Shown: positions 51,922 through 64,000 of the stretch, piece by piece
How the letters are laid out: the number at the start of each line of letters is the position of its first letter
Position numbering within the stretch: position 1 is the first letter of the stretch
Source: Eukaryota sp. TZLM1-RC
Taxonomy: Eukaryota > Protista > Metamonada: BaSk clade
Assembly: GCA_040285825.1 (NCBI GenBank)
Contig: JAUPSS010000001.1
Span: 1,612,001 to 1,676,000, forward strand
Length of the DNA stretch: 64,000 nt
Direction of reading: 5' to 3'
Translations under genes and position numbers: made by a program
Notes under the pieces: generated by a model
What the model was told of the DNA's origin: nothing
The model's input: only the letters and a program-made list of their open reading frames with translations
Databases searched by the model: none

Positions 51922-54900
51922 CATTTTTCTGATGTTCAACTTGGCGGTGTTGGATTCAATTCATCAAAATATTTGGCCAAAGCTGCATTTGTTGGTGGTG
52001 GAAAAAATTTTGTATTTGAATTCTCTAGAAGATATCCTTTTGCCGAAAATCTTCTTGAAAATACAAATAGCATATTCCTGGATAACTTAAGAGAAGAAAT
52101 ATCCAGTTTATCTCCCGACTTATGGCAATCATGTTTCCCCATTTCCATTCAAGAAATTCCAGACAGAAGTTTATATTCATTAAAATTTGCGTTGAAAAAG
52201 CTCCAACGACATCTTTTGAAAAATTTTGAAAACAAGGATTTTATTGTTCGACTTAGCACGGCTATGAAAGAAAATCCTGCTTTTGCCAATTTTTTGATTG
52301 ATTTGAAAGACAGATCATCTGCAGTTTTGATAAATCAAATTCCCCAGATTTATGGTCTATTTTTGAATGACGGCCAATGGACCACTGCTATGAGAATGCG
52401 TTGTTATTTATGGCCTTGTAATTTGCCCAATGATTTGTTTTGTAAATGTGGAGCTGCTTTGACATTATTACATTTATTTAATTGTAATAGATATATTTTC
52501 TATCGTTCTACATTGCATGATGCAGTCAGAGATCAAATCCATGCAATTGTGTAATTCCTATCATATTGAATCTTTTGTAGAACCTTTGTTGAGGTCTCTG
52601 GATATAAATGAAAGCGTAAGAGATTCAGAATATGGAAAACGACGTGCTGATGTTGTTGTGCCCTCGTTTGATGATGTCATGAATGTTGTTGATGTCGTAA
52701 CAGTGGATGTATGCAAGGAAAATGCCTTGAAAAATGCTCAATCCGAAGTATCCCCCCTTGATGACTCCGAATTGTACAAACGGAAAAAGTATGCAAATCC
52801 TTTAAAAGAATTGAAACATGTTCGCGCCATGTAGATTACCAAATTTTCCCATTTGCTATATCGTTGTATGGTCGTCTTGGAAAAACTGCTTTGAATTTTA
52901 TTGATGATTTTGAAAATCTTGTGAAAAAAAGAATGAATAAGCGTTTTTGATCGTCGCTTGTGGCTAAATCGTATTGTTTTTACTATTTTCAAATCAATTC
53001 CTAAAATGATTTCGAAAGCTTTAATGTCTGTCAGTGCACATTATGAAAACATTGCTGCTGTAAGGTTTGATGGTGTGGAAGCTTGTTTTGAAGATATTGA
53101 CTTTTAGACTGTGGTTTTGAAAATAAATTAAAATTTTACAAAAAAATTTTTTTCTGATGTTCAACTTGGCGGTGTTGGATTCAATTCATCAAAATATTTG
53201 GCCAAAGCTGCATTTGTTGGTGGTGGAAAAAATTTTGTATTTGAATTCTCTAGAAGATATCCTTTTGCCGAAAATCTTCTTGAAAATACAAATAGCATAT
53301 TCCTGGATAACTTAAGAGAAGAAATATCCAGTTTATCTCCCGACTTATGGCAATCATGTTTCCCCATTTCCATTCAAGAAATTCCAGACAGAAGTTTATA
53401 TTCATTAAAATTTGCGTTGAAAAGCTCCAACGACATCTTTTGAAAAATTTTGAAAACAAGGATTTTATTGTTCGACTTAGCACGGCTATGAAAGAAAATC
53501 CTGCTTTTGCCAATTTTTTGATTGATTTGAAAGACAGATCATCTGCAGTTTTGATAAATCAAATTCCCCAGATTTATGGTCTATTTTTGAATGACGGCCA
53601 ATGGACCACTGCTATGAGAATGCGTTGTTATTTATGGCCTTGTAATTTGCCCAATGATTTGTTTTGTAAATGTGGAGCTGCTTTGACATTATTACATTTA
53701 TTTAATTGTAATAGATATATTTTCTATCGTTCTACATTGCATGATGCAGTCAGAGATCAAATCCATGCAATTGTGTAATTCCTATCATATTGAATCTTTT
53801 GTAGAACCTTTGTTGAGGTCTCTGGATATAAATGAAAGCGTAAGAGATTCAGAATATGGAAAACGACGTGCTGATGTTGTTGTGCCCTCGTTTGATGATG
53901 TCATGAATGTTGTTGATGTCGTAACAGTGGATGTATGCAAGGAAAATGCCTTGAAAAATGCTCAATCCGAAGTATCCCCCCTTGATGACTCCGAATTGTA
54001 CAAACGGAAAAAGTATGCAAATCCTTTAAAAGAATTGAAACATGTTCGCGCCATGTAGATTACCAAATTTTCCCATTTGCTATATCGTTGTATGGTCGTC
54101 TTGGAAAAACTGCTTTGAATTTTATTGATGATTTTGAAAATCTTGTGAAAAAAAGAATGAATAAGCGTTTTGATCGTCGCTTGTGGCTAAATCGTATTGT
54201 TTTTACTATTTTCAAATCAATTCCTAAAATGATTTCGAAAGCTTTAATGTCTGTCAGTGCACATTATGAAAACATTGCTGCTGTAAGGTTTGATGGTGTG
54301 GAAGCTTGTTTTGAAGATATTGACTTTTAGACTGTGGTTTTGAAAATAAATTAAAATTTTACAAAAAAAATTTTTTCTGATGTTCAACTTGGCGGTGTTG
54401 GATTCAATTCATCAAAATATTTGGCCAAAGCTGCATTTGTTGGTGGTGGAAAAAATTTTGTATTTGAATTCTCTAGAAGATATCCTTTTGCCGAAAATCT
54501 TCTTGAAAATACAAATAGCATATTCCTGGATAACTTAAGAGAAGAAATATCCAGTTTATCTCCCGACTTATGGCAATCATGTTTCCCCATTTCCATTCAA
54601 GAAATTCCAGACAGAAGTTTATATTCATTAAAATTTGCGTTGAAAAGCTCCAACGACATCTTTTGAAAAATTTTGAAAACAAGGATTTTATTGTTCGACT
54701 TAGCACGGCTATGAAAGAAAATCCTGCTTTTGCCAATTTTTTGATTGATTTGAAAGACAGATCATCTACAGTTTTGATAAATCAAATTTCCCAGATTTAT
54801 GGTCTATTTTTGAATGACGGCCAATGGACCACTGCTATGAGAATGCGTTGTTATTTATGGCCTTGTAATTTGCCCAATGATTTGTTTTGTAAATGTGGAG

Positions 54901-55595
54901 CTGCTTTGACATTATTACATTTATTTAATTGTAATAGATATATTTTCTATCGTTCTACATTGCATGATGCAGTCAGAGATCAAATCCATGCAATGTGTAA
55001 TACCTATCATATTGAATCTTTTGTAGAACCTTTGTTGAGGTCTCTGGATATAAATGAAAGCGTAAGAGATTCAGAATATGGAAAACGACGTGCTGATGTT
55101 GTTGTGCCCTCGTTTGATGATGTCATGAATGTTGTTGATGTCGTAACAGTGGATGTATGCAAGGAAAATGCCTTGAAAAATGCTCAATCCGAAGTATCCC
55201 TCCTTGATGACTCCGAATTGTACAAACGGAAAAAGTATGCAAATCCTTTAAAAGAATTGAAACATGTTCGCGCCATGTAGATTACCAAATTTTCCCATTT
55301 GCTATATCGTTGTATGGTCGTCTTGGAAAAACTGCTTTGAATTTTATTGATGATTTTGAAAATCTTGTGAAAAAAAGAATGAATAAGCGTTTTGATCGTC
55401 GCTTGTGGCTAAATCGTATTGTTTTTACTATTTTCAAATCAATTCCTAAAATGATTTCGAAAGCTTTAATGTCTGTCAGTGCACATTATGAAAACATTGC
55501 TGCTGTAAGGTTTGATGGTGTGGAAGCTTGTTTTGAAGAAATTGACTTTTAGACTGTGGTTTTGAAAATAAATTAAAATTAAATTAAAAAAAAAA
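51922..55595 (+). repeat. Three tandem ~1223-bp copies of a 5'-truncated family B 3' end
   Basis: Same start (ttttctgatgttcaactt) and shared private variants (AKAAFVGG, STAMKEN, DGQW, cgcgccatg insertion). Confidence 0.92.
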
Positions 55596-57368
55596 ATTCA
55601 TCAAAATATTTGGCCAAAGCTGCATTTGTTGGTGGTGGAAAAAATTTTGTATTTGAATTCTCTAGAAGATATCCTTTTGCCGAAAATCTTCTTGAAAATA
55701 CAAATAGCATATTCCTGGATAACTTAAGAGAAGAAATATCCAGTTTATCTCCCGACTTATGGCAATCATGTTTCCCCATTTCCATTCAAGAAATTCCAGA
55801 CAGAAGTTTATATTCATTAAAATTTGCGTTGAAAAAGCTCCAACGACATCTTTTGAAAAATTTTGAAAACAAGGATTTTATTGTTCGACTTAGCACGGCT
55901 ATGAAAGAAAATCCTGCTTTTGCCAATTTTTTGATTGATTTGAAAGACAGATCATCTGCAGTTTTGATAAATCAAATTCCCCAGATTTATGGTCTATTTT
56001 TGAATGACGACCAATGGACCACTGCTATGAGAATGCGTTGTTATTTATGGCCTTGTAATTTGCCCAATGATTTGTTTTGTAAATGTGGAGCTGGTTTGAC
56101 ATTATCACATTTATTTAATTGTAATAGATATATTTCCTATCGTTCTACGTTGCATGATGCAGTTAGAGATCAAATCCATGCAATGTGTAATTCCTATCAT
56201 ATTGAATCCTTTGTAGAACCTTTGTTGAGGTCTCTTGATATAAATGAAAGCGTAAGAGATTCAGAATATGGAAAACGACGTGCTGATGTTGTTGTGCCCT
56301 CGTTTGATGATGTCATGAATGTTGTTGATGTCGTAACAGTGGATGTTTGCAAGAAAAATGCCTTGAAAAATGCTCAATCCGAAGTATCCCCCCTTGATGA
56401 CTCCGAATTGTACAAACGGAAAAAGTATGCAAATCCTTTAAAAGAATTGAAACATGTTCGCCATGTAGATTACCAAATTTGCCCATTTGCTATATCGTTG
56501 TATGGTCGTCTTGGAAAAACTGCTTTGAATTTTATTGATGATTTTGAAAATCTTGTGAAAAAAAAGAATGAATAAGCGTTTTGATCGTCGCTTGTGGCTA
56601 AATCGTATTGTTTTTACTATTTTCAAATCAATTCCTAAAATGATTTCGAAAGCTTTAATGTCTGTCAGTGCACATTATGAAAACATTGCTGCTGTAAGGT
56701 TTGATGGTGTGGAAGCTTGTTTTGAAGATATTGACTTTTTAGACTGTGGTTTTGAAAATAAATTAAAATTTTTTAAAAAAAATATCTGGCATTAAATTTC
56801 TTGAAGGTTTCAGAAGTTTAATAAAAAGAAAGAGCAGGAAAAGAATTGAACTTCAATTTCTGGCACAATAGAATTGTTTTCAGTATTCTTAAAGCAATTC
56901 CAGAAATGTTGACCAAAGCACTGTTACAATTAGGAATACAGTATGAAAATCGCGCGCTTAAAAAGATTTGATGATGTTGATGCGTGTATTGAGGATATTG
57001 AGTTCTAGTTTTCTGTTTAATGTTTTGTTAGCGTTGAAAATAAATTTATCCTAAAAAAACATTATACCAATCCATAGGTCTTGATTTGAATGTTCAAAAT
57101 GTTTTTGTATTTCTAGGAAAATGTTAAGTTAATAATTAATTCCCTCGAAGTTCCATATATTGATTATACTTCAACTAGTTTCTGCTTTCTGGGTTGCTAT
57201 TTAGGTTCCGCCGAAAAGACACTTGACAGCCTTGAAAATTATTTAAATTCAATTAAAAAGAGCTAGAAGTCATAAAAACTCTTGAATTGGAAAAACATCT
57301 TAAGTTTTTTCTTTTGAAAATTTGTTATGCTGGAAAAATTACTCATTTACTGCGATCATTACTGCGAT
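55596..57368 (+). mobile_element. Composite: B 3' part, D 3' end, B middle (third copy of the 17-19 kb composite)
   Basis: Same junctions aaaaaatatctggc and cctaaaaaaacattatacc. Confidence 0.88.
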
Positions 57369-57616
57369 CTTAAGATGTTTTTCCAATTCAAGAGTTTTTA
57401 TGACTTCTAGCTCTTTTTTAATTGAATTTAAATAATTTTCAAGGCTGTCAAGTGTCTTTTCGGCGGAACCTAAATAGCAAACCAGAAAAGCAGAAACTAG
57501 TTGAAGTATAATCAATATATGGAACTTCGAGGGAATTAATTATTAACTTAACATTTTTCTAGAAATAAAAAAACATTTTTGAACATTCAAGTCAAGACCT
57601 ATGGATTGGTATAATG
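57060..57616. repeat. Fold-back inverted repeat, ~245-bp arms with 64-bp spacer
   Basis: 57060-57304 is the near reverse complement of 57369-57616. Confidence 0.9.
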
Positions 57617-60060
57617 TAGCAGCTTCATTAGCAACCCTATTAATTGTACTTTCTGGACCAATGCAAGAAATGTCATCCATGTAAGCTACCACTTGAAGGT
57701 CAGAATTTTCTTCTTTTAATTTTTTCAAAATTGGGTGAATTGCAAGACAAAAAAAGAAAGGACCTAAAGGGTCTCCTTAACTCCTGATAAAGAATCCAGA
57801 TTAAAAGAATTAAAAATTAAATCAGATGAATTACCATAAAACCTATAAAAAAAGGTTTCAAGTTCAGGAAAATTTGATTTGATTTCTTTCCAAATTGAAT
57901 CTCTTTTCACTGAATTGAAAGCATTTTTGAAATCAAGATTAAAAATGCAACTATTTTCGTGACAATTGAAAAACAGATCAGATGTCAAAGCTGCAACTGA
58001 AGCTCCATCTATGGTTTTGATTCCATATTGGAATGGAGAAAAGTATTCTTTAGCTTTTGTTGAAACTCGATTAAAAATTACTGAAGACATCAGGCGATAA
58101 ATGGCTTCACCAATGGCAATTGGGCGAACTTTTCCATTAGGTTTAGTTAAAGCCACTAACCGTGATGCACTTAATTCTTTTGGTGGAACAATTTTCATTG
58201 TCAAAACATCTTGAAAAAAGGAACATAAATCTTTAATAATAAAGGAATTTTGGCGGCACACAGATTTCAGCATATCAAAAGTAATTCCAGATGGACCTGG
58301 AGCTTTTCCAGATGGAAGACGGAAAATGGCAGTTTCAACTTCTTTTTCAGAAAGTGGATTTTGTTTCCAAAATTGTGAAGCAGATGGTTTATCCAAATTG
58401 AGAAATTCAGCTGGATGCAGATCCACTAATTGATTTACAGTTTCATCAGTCACAGGAGCAAGATCAGATGAGAAGAGAGTGTTTTTCCCTGAACCATATC
58501 TCCCACGTAGCAAAAGTTTTCGTACAGTCTTATTCTTGGGTTGTTTCTTTGGAGTGAAAACCTTTTGGGGACGAGAACCTGATTTTTGTTCAAGGAAGAA
58601 TTTCCAAATAGAAAATAAACGATTCTATTGTCCCTTTTACTAATTATAGTAGTGATGCTTTTAAGTTCCTTGGTTGTTGGTTAGGAAATGTGCCTCAAAT
58701 TCAGAATGAATTGCAAGTTATTTTGGAAAAAATGAAAATTGAACTTGATTCAATTTCTTCTTTAGATATAGAAAAGCATATTAAATTTTTTTATGCTTAA
58801 AATTTGCTACACTGGGAGAATAACCCACATTTTGAGATCATGTGCTCCTTCCATAGCATTAGATTTTTTGTCGTTCTTTTAATTCATTGAGAACAGAATT
58901 TTTTGCTGATTTATTGGATGTAGAACCAGGAATGTTGAAAAGCCATTTATTTTCTTCAGCAAATTTGGGGGTATTGGATTTACTAAATCTTCAATTTTGT
59001 GTCAATCAGCATTCTTGGGTGGTGGCAAAAATTTTATTTATGAATTTTCTCGTAGATTTCCTGATGATTCTCATCTGTTAGTCCCCAATTGTAGTCCCTA
59101 TTTGTATGAGTTATCTTGTGAACTTGAAAAATTACCGCCACAAATTTGGACCAAATGTTTTCCTCAATCAATTCAAGAAATTCCAAACCGATCTCTATTT
59201 AATTTACAGTTTTGCTGTAAAAAGCTTCAACAAAATTGTCAAAGATTTTTGAAAGCTTGGATTTTGATGTTAGACTTGGCTTGGCCAAGAAAAAGAATCC
59301 CGCTTTTGCAAATCTTTTACAAGATATGTGTGACAGTACTTCTTCTGCCTTAGTAACAACAATTCCACAAGTTTATGGTACTCTCTTATCCGATTCTGCT
59401 TGGACTCTGAATATGAGATTTCGTTCCTTTATCTGGCCTGATAATTTACCTCATAATTTAATTTGTAAATGTTCTCGAGAAATTACAACTACTCATTTGT
59501 TAAATTGTAAACATTTTATTACTTTTAGAAGCAAGGTTCATGATGTTGTAAGAGACCAGTTATATTGTATGTGTAAATCTCATAGAATTGAATCCTTCTT
59601 GGAACCTTTGTTGTCAAATCTGTTTGATGCTGAAAATGATTTTCATAAGAATAATAGAGGTGATGTCATATTACCTGGATTAGATGGAAGCTTTATTTTA
59701 TTGGATGTAATGTCTGTTGATCCTTGTAATGCCTCAAATGAAAGGCTTGTTAATTCTGAAATTCATAATCCCCTTTCAAATGCTGAAAATTTTAAATTCA
59801 AAAAATACAATGAACCTTTGTCCAAATTGGCCAGTCTACAGCATGCAAAGTCTAATTTGTATCCATTTGTATTTTCCCTTTTTGGTTCACTTGCAAAAAC
59901 GGGATTCTTTTCTTTAGCCAAGCTAAGACGAACAGTGAAATCCAAGTTTTCAAAAACTTTTAATATCTTTTTCTGCAATTTTGCATATGCAAATTTCAAG
60001 GAAATCAAACTCCTGGGTGGAATTTCTTGAATATCAGCAGGAAAGCATTTGGACCATATG
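57369..60060. mobile_element. B RT part (-, 57369-58617), A 3' part (+, 58615-59895), D fragment (-, 59891-60060)
   Basis: The B/A junction agaaaataaacgattc is identical to that at ~27975. Confidence 0.88.
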
Positions 60061-63000
60061 AAAAAAATTTTAATTTATTTTCAAAACCACAGTCTAAAAG
60101 TCAATATCTTCAAAACAAGCTTCCACACCATCAAACCTTACAGCAGCAATGTTTTCATAATGTGCACTGACAGACATTAAAGCTTTCGAAATCATTTTAG
60201 GAATTGATTTGAAAATAGTAAAAACAATACGATTTAGCCACAAGCGACGATCAAAACGCTTATTCATTCTTTTTTTCACAAGATTTTCAAAATCATCAAT
60301 AAAATTCAAAGCAGTTTTTCCAAGACGACCATACAACGATATAGCAAATGGGCAAATTTGGTAATCTACATGGCGAACATGTTTCAATTCTTTTAAAGGA
60401 TTTGCATACTTTTTCCGTTTGTACAATTCGGAGTCATCAAGGGGGGATACTTCGGATTGAGCATTTTTCAAGGCATTTTTCTTGCAAACATCCACTGTTA
60501 CGACATCAACAACATTCATGACATCATCAAACGAGGGCACAACAACATCAGCACGTCGTTTTCCATATTCTGAATCTCTTACGCTTTCATTTATATCAAG
60601 AGACCTCAACAAAGGTTCTACAAAGGATTCAATATGATAGGAATTACACATTGCATGGATTTGATCTCTAACTGCATCATGCAACGTAGAACGATAGGAA
60701 ATATATCTATTACAATTAAATAAATGTGATAATGTCAAACCAGCTCCACATTTACAAAACAAATCATTGGGCAAATTACAAGGCCATAAATAACAACGCA
60801 TTCTCATAGCAGTGGTCCATTGGTCGTCATTCAAAAATAGACCATAAACCTGGGGAATTTGATTTATCAAAACTGCAGATGAACTGTCCTTCAAATCAAT
60901 CAAAAAAATTGGCAAAGCAGGATTTTCTTTCTTAGCCGTGCTAAGTCGAACAATAAAATCCTTGTTTTCAAAATTTTTCAAAAGATGTCGTTGGAGCTTT
61001 TTCAACGCAAATTTTAATGAATATAAACTTCTGTCTGGAATTTCTTGAATGGATATGGGGAAACATGATTGCCATAAGTCGGGAGATAAACTGGATATTT
61101 CTTCTCTTAAGTTATCCAGGAATATGCTATTTGTATTTTCAAGAAGATTTTCGGCAAAAGGATATCTTCTAGAGAATTCAAATACAAAATTTTTTCCACC
61201 ACCAATAAATGCAGCTTTGGTCAAATATTTTGATGAATTGAATCCAACACCGCCAAGTTGAACATCAGAAAAAATATGATTTTTCAAAATTGATGGATCA
61301 ACAGACATTAAATAAGCCAAAAATTGGGTACGTATTTTGTTAAATTGTCTACAAAAATTGTAAGTTTGGACCATATGTGAGGAGAGATGCATTCAATTTC
61401 ACTCTGCAAGGACACTAAATAGTCACTAACACAACATTCTATCAAATGCTGGTTTTCAGGAAAACGTTTCAAAAATTCAAAAACGAAATTTTTTCCTCCA
61501 CCGATGAATGCGGCTTTACACAAATATTTTGATTTGTGAAAATCCAGGCCTCCCAATTCTGTGCTACAAAAAATATGACTACGTAAAAAAGCAGAATCAA
61601 TATCGAGCAAATTAGCCAAAAATTTTGTTCTTAATTCATTAAAAATTCTGCAAAATTCGAGAGAAATAGATGGTGATGTTGATCGTAAAATATGAGTAAA
61701 TTTCCCTGAATAACAAATTCTGAGGAAGAAAAATTTAAGATGTTTTTCAATATTTAAATCTGAAAGAACCATCAATTCTTCTTCAAAATTATCCAAAAGA
61801 GAGGAAAGCTGATTTCGAATTTCATCAAAGTTGCCCAAATAACAACCTAAAAAACGAAATCCTGATTCAAAATAATTGATAAAAGGAACACTTTGATCAT
61901 CAATAATGAGATCAGCAGGCTCTCTACCAATCAATAAACATTTGGAAATATTTAGAGAAAGACCAATTTGATGATAGCGCTGTTGAACAATTTCAGCAAT
62001 TGTTCTCAATGAATCAATTGGACCAATTATTGATATGTCATCCATATAAGCAGTTATATGAACATCTGGAAATTCTTGTTTTAATTCACACATTACAGGA
62101 TGGATAGCAAGGCAGAAAAAGAAAGGACCTAATGGATCACCTTGTTTGACACCAGATGATGATATTAGATTGAATTCCTCATAAACAAGAGTTGACTTTT
62201 TTTTAAAAATTTTAATTTATTTTCAAAACCACAGTCTAAAAGTCAATATCTTCAAAACAAGCTTCCACACCATCAAACCTTACAGCAGCAATGTTTCCAT
62301 AATGTGCACTGACAGACATTAAAGCTTTCGAAATCATTTTAGGAATTGATTTGAAAATAGTAAAAACAATACGATTTAGCCACAAGCGACGATCAAAACG
62401 CTTATTCATTCTTTTTTTCACAAGATTTTCAAAATCATCAATAAAATTCAAAGCAGTTTTTCCAAGACGACCATACAACGATATAGCAAATGGGCAAATT
62501 TGGTAATCTACATGGCGAACATGTTTCAATTCTTTTAAAGGATTTGCATACTTTTTCCGTTTGTACAATTCGGAGTCATCAAGGGGGATACTTCGGATTG
62601 AGCATTTTTCAAGGCATTTTTCTTGCAAACATCCACTGTTACGACATCAACAACATTCATGACATCATCAAACGAGGGCACAACAACATCAGCACGTCGT
62701 TTTCCATATTCTGAATCTCTTACGCTTTCATTTATATCAAGAGACCTCAACAAAGGTTCTACAAAAGATTCAATATGATAGGAATTACACATTGCATGGA
62801 TTTGATCTCTGACTGCATCATGCAACGTAGAACGATAGGAAATATATCTATTACAATTAAATAAATGTGATAATGTCAAACCAGCTCCACATTTACAAAA
62901 ACAAATCATTGGGCAAATTACAAGGCCATAAATAACAACGCATTCTCATAGCAGTGGTCCATTGGTCGTCATTCAAAAATAGACCATAAATCTGGGGAAT

Positions 63001-64000
63001 TTGATTTATCAGAACTGCAGATGAACTGTCCTTCAAATCAATCAAAAAATTGGCAAAAGCAGGATTTTCTTTCTTAGCCGTGCTAAGTCGAACAATAAAA
63101 TCCTTGTTTTCAAAATTTTTCAAAAGATGTCGTTGGAGCTTTTTCAACGCAAATTTTAATGAATATAAACTTCTGTCTGGAATTTCTTGAATGGATATGG
63201 GGAAACATGATTGCCATAAGTCGGGAGATAAACTGGATATTTCTTCTCTTAAGTTATCCAGGAATATGCTATTTGTATTTTCAAGAAGATTTTCGGCAAA
63301 AGGATATCTTCTAGAGAATTCAAATACAAAATTTTTCCACCACCAATAAATGCAGCTTTGGTCAAATATTTTGATGAATTGAATCCAACACCGCCAAGTT
63401 GAACATCAGAAAAAATATGATTTTTCAAAATTGATGGATCAACAGACATTAAATAAGCCAAAAATTGGGTACGTATTTTGTTAAATTGTCTACAAAAATT
63501 GTAAGTTAGAGATGGAGGTAATGATCGCAGTAAATGAGTAATTTTTCCAGCATAACAAATTTTCAAAAGAAAAAACTTAAGATGTTTTTCCAATTCAAGA
63601 GTCTTTATGACTTCTAGCTCTTTTTTAATTGAATTTAAATAATTTTCAAGGCTGTCAAGTGTCTTTTCGGCGGAACCTAAATAGCAACCCAGAAAGCAGA
63701 AACTAGTTGAAGTATAATCAATATATGGAACTTCGAGGGAATTAATTATTAACTTAACATTTTTTCTAGAAATACAAAAACATTTTTGAACATTCAAATC
63801 AAGACCTATGGATTGGTATAATGTAGCAGCTTCATTAGCAACCCTATTAATTGTACTTTCTGGACCAATACAAGAAATGTCATCCATGTAAGCTACCACT
63901 TGAAGGTCAGAATTTTCTTCTTTTAATTTTTTCAAAATTGGGTGAATTGCAAGACAAAAAAAGAAAGGACCTAAAGGGTCTCCTTGTTTAACTCCTGATA
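60061..64000 (-). mobile_element. B 3' part (60061-61365), D fragment (61365-62196), B (62197 to window end)
   Basis: Inverted counterpart of ~48770-51900 with the same junctions and the HYGNIAAV variant. Confidence 0.88.

Larger units (their letters stand above)
7930..64000. mobile_element. Cluster of nested RLE-type (CRE-like) non-LTR retrotransposons, four families A-D
   Basis: Recurrent RT motifs RPIA(V/I)GE, P.Q(F/Y)G, LDFKNAFN, GVKQGDPLGP, AYMDD, FLGC; C-terminal CxC..HL.NC, R...H..VRD and (R)GD/AD...D...K..KY endonuclease; N-terminal CCHC knuckle; short 3' UTR with AATAAA and an A-rich tail. No APE domain, RNase H, integrase or LTR was seen. Confidence 0.93.

Noticed and set aside
12803-62714. 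Many short antisense or alternate-frame ORFs (e.g. MDMGKHDCHK..., MGCFFGVKTF..., MILVMPQMK...)
   Set aside because: They are shadows of the retroelement ORF and recur only because the elements are repeated.
7930-64000. Group II introns, retrons, DGRs or LTR elements
   Set aside because: Poly(A) tails, 5' truncations, TSDs and a C-terminal CCHC plus PD-(D/E)xK endonuclease identify non-LTR RLE elements; no integrase, RNase H or LTRs.
7930-64000. Telomeric repeats or spliced-leader/rDNA target sequences between elements
   Set aside because: None recognised; the flanks are other retroelement copies or AT-rich fillers.

Overview
AT-rich eukaryotic (protist-like) DNA; standard code fits and a 31-nt spliceosomal intron is visible. 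There are three zones. (1) About 1.1-5.25 kb: a frameshifted Fanzor1 (eukaryotic TnpB-family RNA-guided nuclease) locus with an unusual N-terminal extension. It reads: 7 Cys-rich hydrophobic 32/33-aa repeats, a 2A-like ribosome-skipping motif (DVEANPG|P), a basic linker, a family-B DNA-polymerase-type DEDDy 3'-5' exonuclease domain, then the Fanzor body, followed by omegaRNA-like hairpins. The exonuclease is in frame with the Fanzor body. This is the best candidate for an undescribed system. (2) 5.3-7.8 kb: two host genes, a WDR82/Swd2-like WD40 protein and GAPDH. (3) About 7.9-64 kb: a ~56-kb block with no recognisable host gene, made almost entirely of four related families (labelled A-D here) of single-ORF RT + restriction-like-endonuclease non-LTR retrotransposons (CRE-like). 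They are nested in one another in both orientations, with readable target-site duplications, 40-bp mini-insertions, tandem and inverted segmental duplications and a fold-back junction. Many frameshifts lie in homopolymer runs and may be sequencing errors. All boundaries were read by eye and may be off by a few bases.
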